Assembly (NCBI GenBank): GCA_900322215.1
Contig: ONYW01000002.1
Location: forward strand, 3,164-67,163
DNA: 64,000 nucleotides
Direction of reading: 5' to 3'
DNA from: an uncultured Eubacteriales bacterium
GTDB lineage: Bacteria > Bacillota > Clostridia > Christensenellales > CAG-917
Shown here: piece by piece, positions 1 through 8,926 of the stretch
How the letters are laid out: each line of letters opens with the position of its first letter
How positions within the stretch are numbered: the first letter of the stretch is position 1
Made by a program: the position numbers and the translations under genes
Notes under the pieces: model-generated
Databases searched by the model: none
Seen by the model: only the letters and a program-made list of their open reading frames with translations
What the model was told of the DNA's origin: nothing

Positions 1-311
1 CCTGCCATGCCTGGATAGGTCCTATGGCTTGCGGAAGCACCGTCGTCGCGAGCAAAGAACTGCTTGAAAAGCAAGTGTATTCTCAGTATCAACACACGGC
101 GGGGCTGGATATGGAATCGTATGCGGTGGTCTACGCTGCAAACCACGCAAACGATCCGAAACCTACGCCGATTATTGTCAAGAGTGTTTGCGACTTTGCG
201 GACAGCAAAAAATCCGACGATTATCAAAGATTTGCCGCATATTCAAGTTGCGAATTTGCAAAGTACCTCTATGAAAAGGTCCTACCTATGGATGACGACG
301 AAGAAGAATAA
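1..311 (+). CDS. phosphorylase-superfamily (PNP_UDP_1-like) nucleosidase, C-terminal part; 5' end outside window
   Basis: Frame is open from nt 3 to the stop at 309-311. The tail GSTVVAS..MESYAVVYAA..VKSVCDFAD resembles the C-terminal half of MTA/SAH-nucleosidase-type phosphorylases. Confidence 0.5.
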   Translation, partial: CHAWIGPMACGSTVVASKELLEKQVYSQYQHTAGLDMESYAVVYAANHANDPKPTPIIVKSVCDFADSKKSDDYQRFAAYSSCEFAKYLYEKVLPMDDDEEE

Positions 312-327
312 AAATCAGGAGACATAT

Positions 328-627
328 ATGCTTAACATTACCACAAAAGAACAAGATCAAAACATTACGGTTTTTCTTGAAGGAAGACTCGACTCCAACA
401 CGGCGCCTGACCTTGAAAGCAAACTCAAAGAATTGCCCGAAACACCGTTGCTCGTGCTCGACTTTGAAAAACTTGTCTACGTTTCCTCCGCAGGGCTAAG
501 AGTTCTCCTCTCCGCACAAAAGCGCGCGAATGCGAGTCATTCGGCGCTCAAAATAGTCCACGTCGTCGAGGACGTTATGGACATACTCGACATCACGGGA
601 TTTGTGGATATCCTCACAATCGAATAA
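328..627 (+). CDS. STAS-domain anti-sigma-factor antagonist
   Basis: ATG at 328 is preceded by AGGAG (317-321). About 99 aa with LDFEKLVYVSSAGLRVLL, typical of SpoIIAA/RsbV-type STAS proteins. Confidence 0.75.
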   Translation: MLNITTKEQDQNITVFLEGRLDSNTAPDLESKLKELPETPLLVLDFEKLVYVSSAGLRVLLSAQKRANASHSALKIVHVVEDVMDILDITGFVDILTIE

Positions 628-642
628 GCATAGAAACATAAT

Positions 643-671
643 AAAAAGCACCCTCGCGGGTGCTCTTTTTT
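643..671. terminator. bidirectional rho-independent terminator between convergent genes
   Basis: Stem agcaccc(647-653)/gggtgct(658-664) with loop tcgc, flanked by an A-run on the left and a T-run on the right. Confidence 0.65.
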
Positions 672-1788
672 ATTTAAGGTTTTCGGGATTCAAGCCGTAC
701 AGCTCAGGCAGGACAAATCTTCCGTCCTTTCTTATGAGCACGTCGTCGAAATAGATTTCGCCACCGCCGTATTCCGGAGTTTGGCAAAGGACGAGATCCC
801 AATGCACCGCGCTCTTGTTCCCGTTCGGAGCGTCATCGTATGAACAACCCGGCGTAAAGTGGATAGAGCCGGATATCTTCTCGTCAAAGAGTATATCCCC
901 TATCGCCTGCGTGACGTACGGGTTGACGCCGATAGCAAACTCGCCGACGTATCTTGCGGCTTCGTCCGTGTCAAAAATGGCGTTTGCCTTCTCGGTATTG
1001 TTGGCGGTCGCCTCTACGATTTTGCCGTCCATAAAGACAAGGCGCACGTTTTCAAAGCGGTAGCCGTTCTCTATTGACGGAACGTTGTAGTGAATGACAC
1101 CGTTCACGCTGTCCTTGACGGGCGCGGTGTAGACTTCGCCGTCCGGGATGTTGCAAGTGCCCGCGCATTTTATCGCAGGAATCCCCTTGATCGAGAAGCG
1201 GAGATCAGTGTCTTTTGCCACAATACGGACTTTATCCGTCTTTTCCATCAGTTTAACCAGCGGATCCATCGCTTTGTCCATCTTGCTATAGTCAAGACAG
1301 CATACGTTAAAGAAGTAGTCTTCAAAAGCCTCGGTGGACATGCCCGCGAGTTGACTCATGCCCTCGGTCGGGTAGCGGAGTATAACCCACCTCGTCTTTG
1401 CGACGCGCCTGTCGCTGTGTACGGGCGTGCCATAGATGGTGTCATAGTCCTGCATATTCTTTTCGGGGACGTCGGAGAGTTCATAACTGTTGTTGCCGCC
1501 GCGAATGCCGATATAGCAGTCCATCTTGTCCATAAAGTCCGCGTCTCTCTTTGCCCATATCTTCAGGTATTCGGGAGTCGCGCCTCTAAGCACTTCCCTT
1601 TGCAGTCTCTTGTCGATGACGTTGACAAAAGGATAGCCTCCAACCGCATACACTTCCCTCACGATATGCCCGACAAGTTGGTAGTCGCAACCGATAGCGT
1701 CTATCCACACCTTGTCGCCTTTGCCGACGTGAATCGAATAGTTGACCAAATTCTTTGCAAGTTTTGCCTGTCTTTCATCAGAAATCAT
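670..1788 (-). CDS. M29-family aminopeptidase (AmpS/PepS-like)
   Basis: 372-aa ORF. The N-terminus MISDERQAKLAKNLVNYS and the C-terminal IHFTPGCSYDD..HWDLV are typical of thermophilic aminopeptidase II family proteins. Confidence 0.85.
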   Translation of the reverse strand: MISDERQAKLAKNLVNYSIHVGKGDKVWIDAIGCDYQLVGHIVREVYAVGGYPFVNVIDKRLQREVLRGATPEYLKIWAKRDADFMDKMDCYIGIRGGNNSYELSDVPEKNMQDYDTIYGTPVHSDRRVAKTRWVILRYPTEGMSQLAGMSTEAFEDYFFNVCCLDYSKMDKAMDPLVKLMEKTDKVRIVAKDTDLRFSIKGIPAIKCAGTCNIPDGEVYTAPVKDSVNGVIHYNVPSIENGYRFENVRLVFMDGKIVEATANNTEKANAIFDTDEAARYVGEFAIGVNPYVTQAIGDILFDEKISGSIHFTPGCSYDDAPNGNKSAVHWDLVLCQTPEYGGGEIYFDDVLIRKDGRFVLPELYGLNPENLK

Positions 1789-1806
1789 ATATTCACCTCA
1801 AAATAT

Positions 1807-2802
1807 TTATTCTTGTTCATTGCCGTCTTCCGCCGTTTTTGCGTCTTGCAAGTCAGGCTCAACGGCTTCTGCGTTTTCGTCCTGTTGTTCGTCTTGCGGG
1901 CTCTCGCCTATTTCATCTTCTGCATCCTCGTCAGCCTTATCGTTTCTGACTTCACTATAGAAGTTGACTATGACGGATGTCACGATCGCAACTACGACGA
2001 GACCATAAATCCCGAGTATGACGGACAGCACCCTGCCGATTACAGTCACGGCGGCAATGTCGCCAAAGCCGATTGTCGTGATGAGCATGAAGCAATACCA
2101 AAGCGCGTCGCCATAATTGACTATTGACTTTTCAGTCATCATAAGCACCATAGAGAACGCTATGACGATAAGCAACAGTCCAAACAATATTTCTCCCGCA
2201 TACGTCTTGCGTATGACTTTTTTGAGAGCGGCATAATTGACGTGCGAGAGCGCCAATTCCAAAATGTAGGCAAGGCAAGTCACCGCAATCACAATGCCGG
2301 TCAGCATCCCGCCCAGCATATAGCTCAACGCCTCAATGGCTTCATCGTGTTGTACAGTGATTGCAAGCAACGCTGTAAAAATGCCTATGCAAAGAACGTT
2401 GAAAATGATGTTGCGTACTTTGTGATTTTTGAGTATGGACACGACTCGTTTTGAGATTGGGAACAAAAAGTATATTCCGCAAATCACGGCGAACATAACA
2501 GGATTTTCACCTGTCGCAAACGTCATCACGCACAGAACGACGCAATATGCGCTGTATGCAATATGGGCGAAATTGAATTTGTTCTCAAGACCTTCCTTCT
2601 TGTAGAAGAAATATAGCAATTCATATCCTCCCAAACAGAAGAGCGCGGAGCCAAGCAACCACTTTGCATTTGTCTCCCAAGGGTTTTCGGCGGAAAGCAC
2701 TCTTCCCGTCATCCACATAACGCACATGAGCGAAACGCACAGCATCGCGCTGCAAAACACCTTGAAAATCGTATCTCTCGTTCTTTTGTCAATCTGTTTC
2801 AT
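1807..2802 (-). CDS. potassium channel family protein (Ion_trans_2 pore domain)
   Basis: Multi-TM ORF with the K+ selectivity filter TTIGFGD and an acidic C-terminal tail. Confidence 0.8.
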   Translation of the reverse strand: MKQIDKRTRDTIFKVFCSAMLCVSLMCVMWMTGRVLSAENPWETNAKWLLGSALFCLGGYELLYFFYKKEGLENKFNFAHIAYSAYCVVLCVMTFATGENPVMFAVICGIYFLFPISKRVVSILKNHKVRNIIFNVLCIGIFTALLAITVQHDEAIEALSYMLGGMLTGIVIAVTCLAYILELALSHVNYAALKKVIRKTYAGEILFGLLLIVIAFSMVLMMTEKSIVNYGDALWYCFMLITTIGFGDIAAVTVIGRVLSVILGIYGLVVVAIVTSVIVNFYSEVRNDKADEDAEDEIGESPQDEQQDENAEAVEPDLQDAKTAEDGNEQE

Positions 2803-2803
2803 A

Positions 2804-4255
2804 CTATTCTCCTATAATCTTCTCAAGCAACGCAGACAGAGACCCCACCTGCTTCACCATGATCGTAAGCCCTTCGAGATAAATAAACAAAATCACAACG
2901 ATTGCAACCACAGGGATAATCAATCCCAGCATAGACTTCTTGTGCTTACGGGTGTATGAGAACAACAAAATTATCGGCGCAGCCACGATGAGCGGATCGC
3001 TTCCGCCAACGCCAGCCTCCAAAACAGCCTGCTCTGCAAGTAGCGCAAGCGACGTCACCGCCTCTTCAGTCGTTTCAACGTTGATTTCAGTCAGTGCGAC
3101 GGCAATCGTGAGCGCAACGTGGATTATCAAATCCAAAACGCCCGCAACCACCATTATGATTGCCGCAAACTTTGCAAACTGCCACGAATTCGCTTTCGTC
3201 TGCAAAAATTCGTTGTACTGCTCGTGCGTCTTTCCGCGCTTTCTGTATATGCGCTCTCTCATCTTGATGAACAAGGAAATGACGACGAACACAACGAAAG
3301 TCATAGGCGGTTTTGTCGTGAGAAGCGGAAATAGATATGGCGATATTCTGATTGTCCCAAACGCGCTGAGGAGTTTGAGTGTAAAACTTGCAATCTCATA
3401 CAAAATCGGCACAAGCGCAAGAAGCCTGAACCATACGATTTTGTTGCCTTGAAAATACTTCTTTGGACGATAAATAAGCCCGAACGCAAGCAAAGTGCAA
3501 AGGAACAAGTCGATGAAGATATTGAACGCCAAGTATCCACTCTGAGTGTTTGAAACAAGCAGTGCGTCAACAACTGCTATCGCACTCGCTCTGTCCGTTT
3601 CAAGCACAAATGCGGCAAACTCCGCAAGATAATGTTCGTGCGCAAGTATGAACAAAAGATAAACGACAATGCTTATTCCGCCATACAAAATGAGCATAGA
3701 CTTGAACGTCTTTGAACCGTTGAGAATGGTCGCAAACGTTGCCATAAGGAAGAGCGGCATCATGATGTCGCTTGCCATCTTCAAAACATCAGGAAACATC
3801 CCCAGTTTGCCACCGAGGTTTGAGTCCAGCTTCGCCCCTATTGAAAGCAACACGCCGATTTGTGCAACAATCAAAAACGCCCATGCGAGCATACGCAGAT
3901 GCATATACGACAAAGGCCCACGATATCTGATGTCGTTTTCAAGCGTGTATTCGTCAATCTTTCTGCGCTTTTTACGCTTTTTGCGTTTGCCACCCTCTTG
4001 CAACTCGCAAGGTTCGCCTGCACAAATCTCGTTTGGTGCAAGATTTTCGCTTGCGGGCGCTTCCGGTTGCTTAACGGCTTCACCTTCGGCGTCTTCTACC
4101 ACACCGAACTCCGTGCCTTCAAAATCAACCTCTTCTAAATGATTCGGCTCATCCAAAGGCAGATCGCTTTCCGCAGGGATTCTCAATTCTTCTTGCTGAA
4201 CATCAGATTCATTTTGTTCGTTCGGCATTATTTTTTCAAGTTCTTCAGTCATCAT
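2804..4255 (-). CDS. polytopic membrane protein of unknown function with acidic then poly-basic N-terminal region
   Basis: 483-aa ORF. About 100 N-terminal residues are rich in acidic residues and are followed by GGKRKKRKKRRK, then at least 8 hydrophobic segments. Its stop lies 1 nt from the K+ channel start. Confidence 0.6.
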   Translation of the reverse strand: MMTEELEKIMPNEQNESDVQQEELRIPAESDLPLDEPNHLEEVDFEGTEFGVVEDAEGEAVKQPEAPASENLAPNEICAGEPCELQEGGKRKKRKKRRKIDEYTLENDIRYRGPLSYMHLRMLAWAFLIVAQIGVLLSIGAKLDSNLGGKLGMFPDVLKMASDIMMPLFLMATFATILNGSKTFKSMLILYGGISIVVYLLFILAHEHYLAEFAAFVLETDRASAIAVVDALLVSNTQSGYLAFNIFIDLFLCTLLAFGLIYRPKKYFQGNKIVWFRLLALVPILYEIASFTLKLLSAFGTIRISPYLFPLLTTKPPMTFVVFVVISLFIKMRERIYRKRGKTHEQYNEFLQTKANSWQFAKFAAIIMVVAGVLDLIIHVALTIAVALTEINVETTEEAVTSLALLAEQAVLEAGVGGSDPLIVAAPIILLFSYTRKHKKSMLGLIIPVVAIVVILFIYLEGLTIMVKQVGSLSALLEKIIGE

Positions 4256-4450
4256 TTTTCTCCAAATATAGAGTAAAATTGCTTTAGATATTTATTTTAG
4301 CACACAATCTCAAGTTTTTCAATACACTTCGTGTGGTTTTGCACCAGGAAAAGCTCATTAATAAAACAATAAGGATTGATGCCTCAACTCAGATGAAAAA
4401 TTCAAGCAACAATAAATTGCGACAAAGATATAGCAACACGACAAGGCGAT

Positions 4451-4488
4451 AAAACTGCGATATTTAGATGCATAACAAGAAAAAGCCC
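4451..4488 (+). repeat. 38-nt perfect direct repeat, copy 1 (aaaactgcgatatttagatgcataacaagaaaaagccc)
   Basis: Identical string recurs at 4610-4647. Confidence 0.9.
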
Positions 4489-4609
4489 ATCCGTTTTATA
4501 TTCGGCATAGATATAAAACCGCGATATTTGAAAACAACGGCAAGGCTTAAAGCCTCAGTTTAGATAAAGAGCGCGAAAAGCCCGTTCATTTTATATTCGG
4601 CAAAGCAAG

Positions 4610-4647
4610 AAAACTGCGATATTTAGATGCATAACAAGAAAAAGCCC
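4610..4647 (+). repeat. 38-nt perfect direct repeat, copy 2
   Basis: Identical to 4451-4488. Confidence 0.9.
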
Positions 4648-4697
4648 GCCTTCACAAGCCCTAATGTACACGAAGTACATGAGGTTGGGAAGACGGG
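4637..4697 (-). terminator. probable fba terminator (long imperfect hairpin plus T-run on minus strand)
   Basis: cccgcc..gtac acgaa gtac..gacggg palindrome (4645-4697). On the minus strand it is followed by ctttttct. Confidence 0.5.
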
Positions 4698-4730
4698 ATT
4701 TGCCGAAGTTAGGCGCTAAATAGCGCGGTT

Positions 4731-5660
4731 TTACGCTTTGCCGTTGCAGCCGAGGACGTCAACGATTTTATGCTTAACCACTTGCTTAACTGCCTCTCTT
4801 GCCGGTCCGAGATATTGACGCGGATCGAAGTGAGACGGGTTGAGTGCAAAGTGTTCTCTGATTGCGCCGGTGACTGCAAGTCTAAGATCGCTGTCGATGT
4901 TGATCTTGCAAACTGCCATTGACGCCGCCTTTCTGAGCATATCTTCTGGAACACCGCGTGCGCCCGGCATTTGTCCGCCGTACTCGTTAATCTTGTCGAC
5001 GAGTTCTTGCGGGACGGAAGATGCGCCGTGCAAAACGATCGGGAAGCCCGGGAGACGACGAGCAACTTCTTCGAGAATGTCAAAGCGAAGCTTTGGTTCG
5101 CCTTTGAACTTGTATGCGCCATGTGACGTGCCGATTGCGATTGCAAGGGAGTCAACGCCTGTGCGAGAAACGAATTCTTGAACTTGATCAGGATCGGTGA
5201 ATGCCGCGTCCTTGTCTGCGACCTTGACTGCGTCTTCGATACCTGCGAGTTTGCCGAGTTCCGCCTCAACGACGACGCCGTGATCGTGAGCATATTCAAC
5301 GACTTGACGTGTGATGTCGATATTTTCTTGGAAAGGATGTGCGCTTGCGTCGATCATAACGGAAGTGAAACCGCTGTCAACACAGTCTTTGCAGAGTGCG
5401 AACGTATCGCCGTGATCGAGGTGCAAGCAGATTGGGAGACCGCTTGTTTCGACTGCCGCTTCGACCATCTTTGTGAGGTAGGTCGTATTTGCGTACTTTC
5501 TCGCGCCTGAGGAAACTTGAAGGATGAGAGGAGCGTTTTCTTCTGTCGCAGCCTCGACGATGCCTTGGATGATTTCCATATTGTTGACGTTGAAAGCGCC
5601 GATTGCATAGCCGCCTTCGTATGCTTTTTTGAACATTTCAGTTGTGGTAACTAATGGCAT
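4731..5660 (-). CDS. fba: class II fructose-1,6-bisphosphate aldolase
   Basis: 309 aa. MPLVTTTEMFKKAYEGGYAIGAFNVNNME..HLDHG..LHGASS is characteristic of class II FBA. Confidence 0.92.
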   Translation of the reverse strand: MPLVTTTEMFKKAYEGGYAIGAFNVNNMEIIQGIVEAATEENAPLILQVSSGARKYANTTYLTKMVEAAVETSGLPICLHLDHGDTFALCKDCVDSGFTSVMIDASAHPFQENIDITRQVVEYAHDHGVVVEAELGKLAGIEDAVKVADKDAAFTDPDQVQEFVSRTGVDSLAIAIGTSHGAYKFKGEPKLRFDILEEVARRLPGFPIVLHGASSVPQELVDKINEYGGQMPGARGVPEDMLRKAASMAVCKINIDSDLRLAVTGAIREHFALNPSHFDPRQYLGPAREAVKQVVKHKIVDVLGCNGKA

Positions 5661-5689
5661 AATAAGCCTCCATAATTTATTTCACGAAT

Positions 5690-5718
5690 ATTATACAACT
5701 TCCCCTCAAAAATATCAA
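5690..5718 (-). promoter_or_regulatory. sigma70-type promoter for fba
   Basis: Minus strand reads TTGATA, 17 nt, TATAAT, about 30 nt upstream of GGAGG and the ATG. Confidence 0.5.
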
Positions 5719-5795
5719 CCGCAAATATTCAGTTTTCCCGCAAAAATTGCGCGAAAAGAAAAAAGTATATTAAGAATTATATTTTCAAATTCAAG

Positions 5796-5824
5796 TTGAC
5801 ATAAATTAGGTTTCTAATTTATAC
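5796..5824 (+). promoter_or_regulatory. sigma70-type promoter for the 5843 gene
   Basis: TTGACA (5796-5801), 17 nt, TTATAC. Confidence 0.4.
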
Positions 5825-5842
5825 TTTTTTTTGAGGGCAAAT

Positions 5843-6673
5843 ATGATTGATACAATAATCGACTTTTTCAGAAACTTAACTCACAACGATTTTTTGACGC
5901 TGTACATCATTTCGATAATCCCGATTATCGAACTTCGCGGCGCAATCGTGTTTATGTCGGGTATGTTCACGTCGCTCACGGATATGATCGCGGGCATGTT
6001 TTGCTGTATCGCGGGCTCGACGACAGTCATTTTGCCACTTCTTCTTATCACGCGTCCGCTCATACGCGCAATGAAGCGCACAAAGTGGTTCTCGAAGATA
6101 GCAAAGAATATGGAGTCCAACCTCGCCGACCGCGCGACATCCGCCTATGACGAGGAATCCGCAAACAAAGGCGGAAAAATCAAAAAGAAGATGTCCACGG
6201 ACGCAAAGAAGTTTTTGGGGCTCTTTATCTTCGTCGCAATACCGCTGCCGATGACGGGCGCCTGGACAGGCTCCTGCGTCGGAAGTTTTTTGGACTTCCC
6301 TATCTGGAAAGCCGCGCTCGCGGTGTTCTTCGGCAACATAGTCGCAGGCGCGATACTCACGACTATCGCCTACTTCCTGCCGCAGCAGTATGCGGACATC
6401 TTCCTCTACGGATTCGTGATACTCGCTATCGCAATAGCCGTGATTCTCTATTTCTCCCGCTCGAAGCGTCAGGAGCGCAAGCGCACTGAAGAGATCAAAA
6501 AGTACGGCGGAAAGGACGAATACGACCTCGCACTCCTCAAAAAGGACGCGGCGGAAGAGGGCAAAATCCTCATCAAAAAGGAATATATCGACGAAAACGG
6601 CGACCGCCATATCGTCATAGGCAACGACAACAAGAAAAACGAAGAAATCATCGACAAAGACGACGTAATTTAA
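5843..6673 (+). CDS. COG2426 / small-multidrug-export-like membrane protein with charged C-terminal extension
   Basis: ATG at 5843 follows GAGGG. The motifs IPIIELRGAI and IPLPMTGAWTGS are typical of the Sm_multidrug_ex family. Confidence 0.65.
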   Translation: MIDTIIDFFRNLTHNDFLTLYIISIIPIIELRGAIVFMSGMFTSLTDMIAGMFCCIAGSTTVILPLLLITRPLIRAMKRTKWFSKIAKNMESNLADRATSAYDEESANKGGKIKKKMSTDAKKFLGLFIFVAIPLPMTGAWTGSCVGSFLDFPIWKAALAVFFGNIVAGAILTTIAYFLPQQYADIFLYGFVILAIAIAVILYFSRSKRQERKRTEEIKKYGGKDEYDLALLKKDAAEEGKILIKKEYIDENGDRHIVIGNDNKKNEEIIDKDDVI

Positions 6674-6789
6674 CACACCTTGTGTGTCTAATGCTTTTAT
6701 CAAAACAAAACGGCAATCTTATTTATCCGCTTATAATTCAAGCACAAGAATTATGCGAAACACTTGCTGTTCTTCAACTTTGTGCGAAT

Positions 6790-6846
6790 GTTTAGCATAA
6801 AATGTTGTGCGCGAAGTAAGCGAGAAAATTGTGCCCTATGGCAACA
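6790..6846 (+). repeat. ~57-nt dispersed intergenic repeat, copy 1
   Basis: gtttagcat..tgttgtgcgcg..agcgagaaaattg..ggca.ca recurs at 8840-8896 in the same orientation. Confidence 0.8.
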
Positions 6847-6889
6847 ACAATCTTAGATTGGTTGCGCAAAAGGCACACAATTTTGGAGC

Positions 6890-7666
6890 ATGCAAAAAAT
6901 CTTAAGCGCGATGAGACGCGCAATCCAAGACTACAATATGATAGAGGACGGCGACAGGATTTTCGTCGGGCTTTCAGGCGGAAAGGACAGCATCTTGCTC
7001 CTCTCCGCTCTCGCCGCATACCGTCGTTTCTCCCCCGAGCATTTCACCTTGGAGGCGATAACCATCGATATGGGCATGAAAGAGACGGACAGGACGCAGT
7101 TTGACAAGATGACCGCCTATTGCGAGAGCCTGAACGTCCCTCACCACGTCGTAAAAACGGATATTGCGGAGATAATCTTTGACGCGAGAAAAGAGTCGAA
7201 TCCTTGTTCACTTTGCGCCAAAATGCGCCGTGGCGCGCTCAACAACGAGATTAACCGCTTGGGCGGTGGTAAACTCGCACTCGGACACAACGCCGACGAC
7301 GTTGTCGAGACGATGATGCTCTCCCTGCTCTACGAGGGGCGCTTCTCCTGCTTTGCGCCGACCGCATATATGGACAAATCGGGAGTCTCGCTCATCCGCC
7401 CGCTCATATACCTTGAAGAGTATGACATAAAGGCGGCTGTCGCAAGACTGAATCTGCCCATTCTCAAAAATCCCTGCCCTGCCAACCACCACACGAAGCG
7501 CGAATACGCAAAGGAACTCATCGCCCGTCTCGGCAACGAAGTTCCGAACGCAAAACAAAGTATGCTCGGCGCGATATATCATCCCGAGCGCGCGAACCTT
7601 TGGGACACTTCGTGTCGCGTGGACAAAACAAAAACCCCGCAAAAAGACAAAGAAAATCACGAGTGA
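6890..7666 (+). CDS. ttcA: PP-loop ATPase, tRNA 2-thiocytidine synthetase (TtcA)-like
   Basis: SGGKDS PP-loop, NPCSLCAKMRRG, and a CPxxxH region. The start is somewhat uncertain because the SD spacing is poor. Confidence 0.75.
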   Translation: MQKILSAMRRAIQDYNMIEDGDRIFVGLSGGKDSILLLSALAAYRRFSPEHFTLEAITIDMGMKETDRTQFDKMTAYCESLNVPHHVVKTDIAEIIFDARKESNPCSLCAKMRRGALNNEINRLGGGKLALGHNADDVVETMMLSLLYEGRFSCFAPTAYMDKSGVSLIRPLIYLEEYDIKAAVARLNLPILKNPCPANHHTKREYAKELIARLGNEVPNAKQSMLGAIYHPERANLWDTSCRVDKTKTPQKDKENHE

Positions 7667-7681
7667 CTCGTGATTTTTTTG
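7654..7681 (+). terminator. rho-independent terminator of ttcA-like gene
   Basis: aaatcacgag tga ctcgtgattt followed by ttttt. The stop codon sits in the loop. Confidence 0.75.
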
Positions 7682-7801
7682 TGAAGTTTGCTGTGCAAGT
7701 GAAGTGGCGTTGCCGTGAAGTTTGCGCTCTTGGCAAGTGAAATTTTTCACTTTGTGAAAAGTTGCGGAATAGTTAAACGCACTCAACCGAGTGCGTTTTG
7801 G

Positions 7802-8767
7802 TTATTGTTGGTTGTATTGAACAAGCGTATACGTGCCTGTTTTCAAAAAGCCGTTCGCATACTCCGGTGCGTTTGATGTCGGAGTGAAATCGTTTATCAC
7901 AATTTTCAAACTGTTCGCGCTGACGTCGAATTGTCCGTGTACGTTGAAATCAGGCGGATAATAGATGCTGAAAGTCGTATCGTAGATTTTTTTGTCTTCT
8001 TTGGTCACTTTTTGATATGGATCATGCTGTATATAAAAATAGATTGCGTCCTTGTTTTGACCGATTAGATAAACGCCTTCCACAACTTTGTCACCGTTTT
8101 TGTAGCTGAACAAATAATATGGACGTGGTTTTGTCGCAAAAAAGGTTATGCTGACGTTTTCATCAAGCACATAAGTGCCTGACGGGATCATATATTCGTC
8201 CGCATATTTATATTCGTCTTTCTCTTGCGCGAACGCCTTGCCTTCCTTGACGTACGTGCCTATCTTGTACGGCAATTCGCTTATACGGTAGTTGTGAAAA
8301 TAGGTATTGCCGTCAACCATCGACAATTTCTTTTCGGCTTGCATTATCGTGAATTGCTTGAAATCGCCGTCTGTTGCCGTCGTGAAATCATCCGAATAGC
8401 AATAGAGCACGTCTTCTTTTTCACCGTCCTTTTTGTCGAGACACCAACTGAAAACGTATGTTCTCTCCTTGCCCGTTTCGCTTGGCTGAACAACCCTATA
8501 CGTCCCCGCAAACTTTTGTGCGCCGTCTTCAACGTAGGCAAAACTCATCTTGCCACCTGAGCCATCAAACTCAAAATAAGTGTTCGTCGGCTCTTTGTTT
8601 TCATCAAGGAAAAACCATTTGCCCGTTGACGGAGCAAATTCTTTGTCATAAGATTTTGCATCGCCTGCTGTGCCCGTTATTGCGCCAAAAAGTCCGCAAC
8701 CCGCAAAGGTCGCGACAGAGAGCGCAAGTATAAGGGCGACTGCAACTGTAAGAACGATCTTTTTCAT
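7802..8767 (-). CDS. lipoprotein of unknown function
   Basis: The internal ATG at 8767 gives MKKIVLTVAVALILALSVATFAGC (lipobox). The longer ORF N-terminus overlaps a noncoding repeat. Confidence 0.7.
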   Translation of the reverse strand: MKKIVLTVAVALILALSVATFAGCGLFGAITGTAGDAKSYDKEFAPSTGKWFFLDENKEPTNTYFEFDGSGGKMSFAYVEDGAQKFAGTYRVVQPSETGKERTYVFSWCLDKKDGEKEDVLYCYSDDFTTATDGDFKQFTIMQAEKKLSMVDGNTYFHNYRISELPYKIGTYVKEGKAFAQEKDEYKYADEYMIPSGTYVLDENVSITFFATKPRPYYLFSYKNGDKVVEGVYLIGQNKDAIYFYIQHDPYQKVTKEDKKIYDTTFSIYYPPDFNVHGQFDVSANSLKIVINDFTPTSNAPEYANGFLKTGTYTLVQYNQQ

Positions 8768-8839
8768 AATTTTATCCAAATAATATCCAAGCACAAGATT
8801 GGTGTGAAGCACCGATTTGAGTCGTTTCGCTCTCTTGAG

Positions 8840-8896
8840 GTTTAGCATCAGTGTTGTGCGCGGAAACAGCGAGAAAATTGAGACTATCGGCATCAC
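8840..8896 (+). repeat. ~57-nt dispersed intergenic repeat, copy 2
   Basis: See 6790-6846. Confidence 0.8.
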
Positions 8897-8926
8897 ATTT
8901 GCTACGCAAATGAAATGCAAATTGGC

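Noticed and set aside
4300-4700. Possible CRISPR array, given the repeated intergenic units here and at 10260-10580, 45715-45990 and 59690-60050.
   Set aside because: The repeats are degenerate and irregularly spaced, occur in both orientations, and are interspersed with palindromes. No cas genes are present. This is not the regular repeat-spacer architecture of CRISPR.
7802-8920. Maximal ORF starts for several genes (7802-8920, 9256-9609, 9623-10219, 18954-19511, 20736-21146, 46005-47264, 56071-59283, 61093-63276, 64-627, 5831-6673).
   Set aside because: Internal ATGs give proper signal peptides or conserved N-termini and have SD sequences at correct spacing. The upstream extensions overlap neighbouring genes or noncoding repeats.
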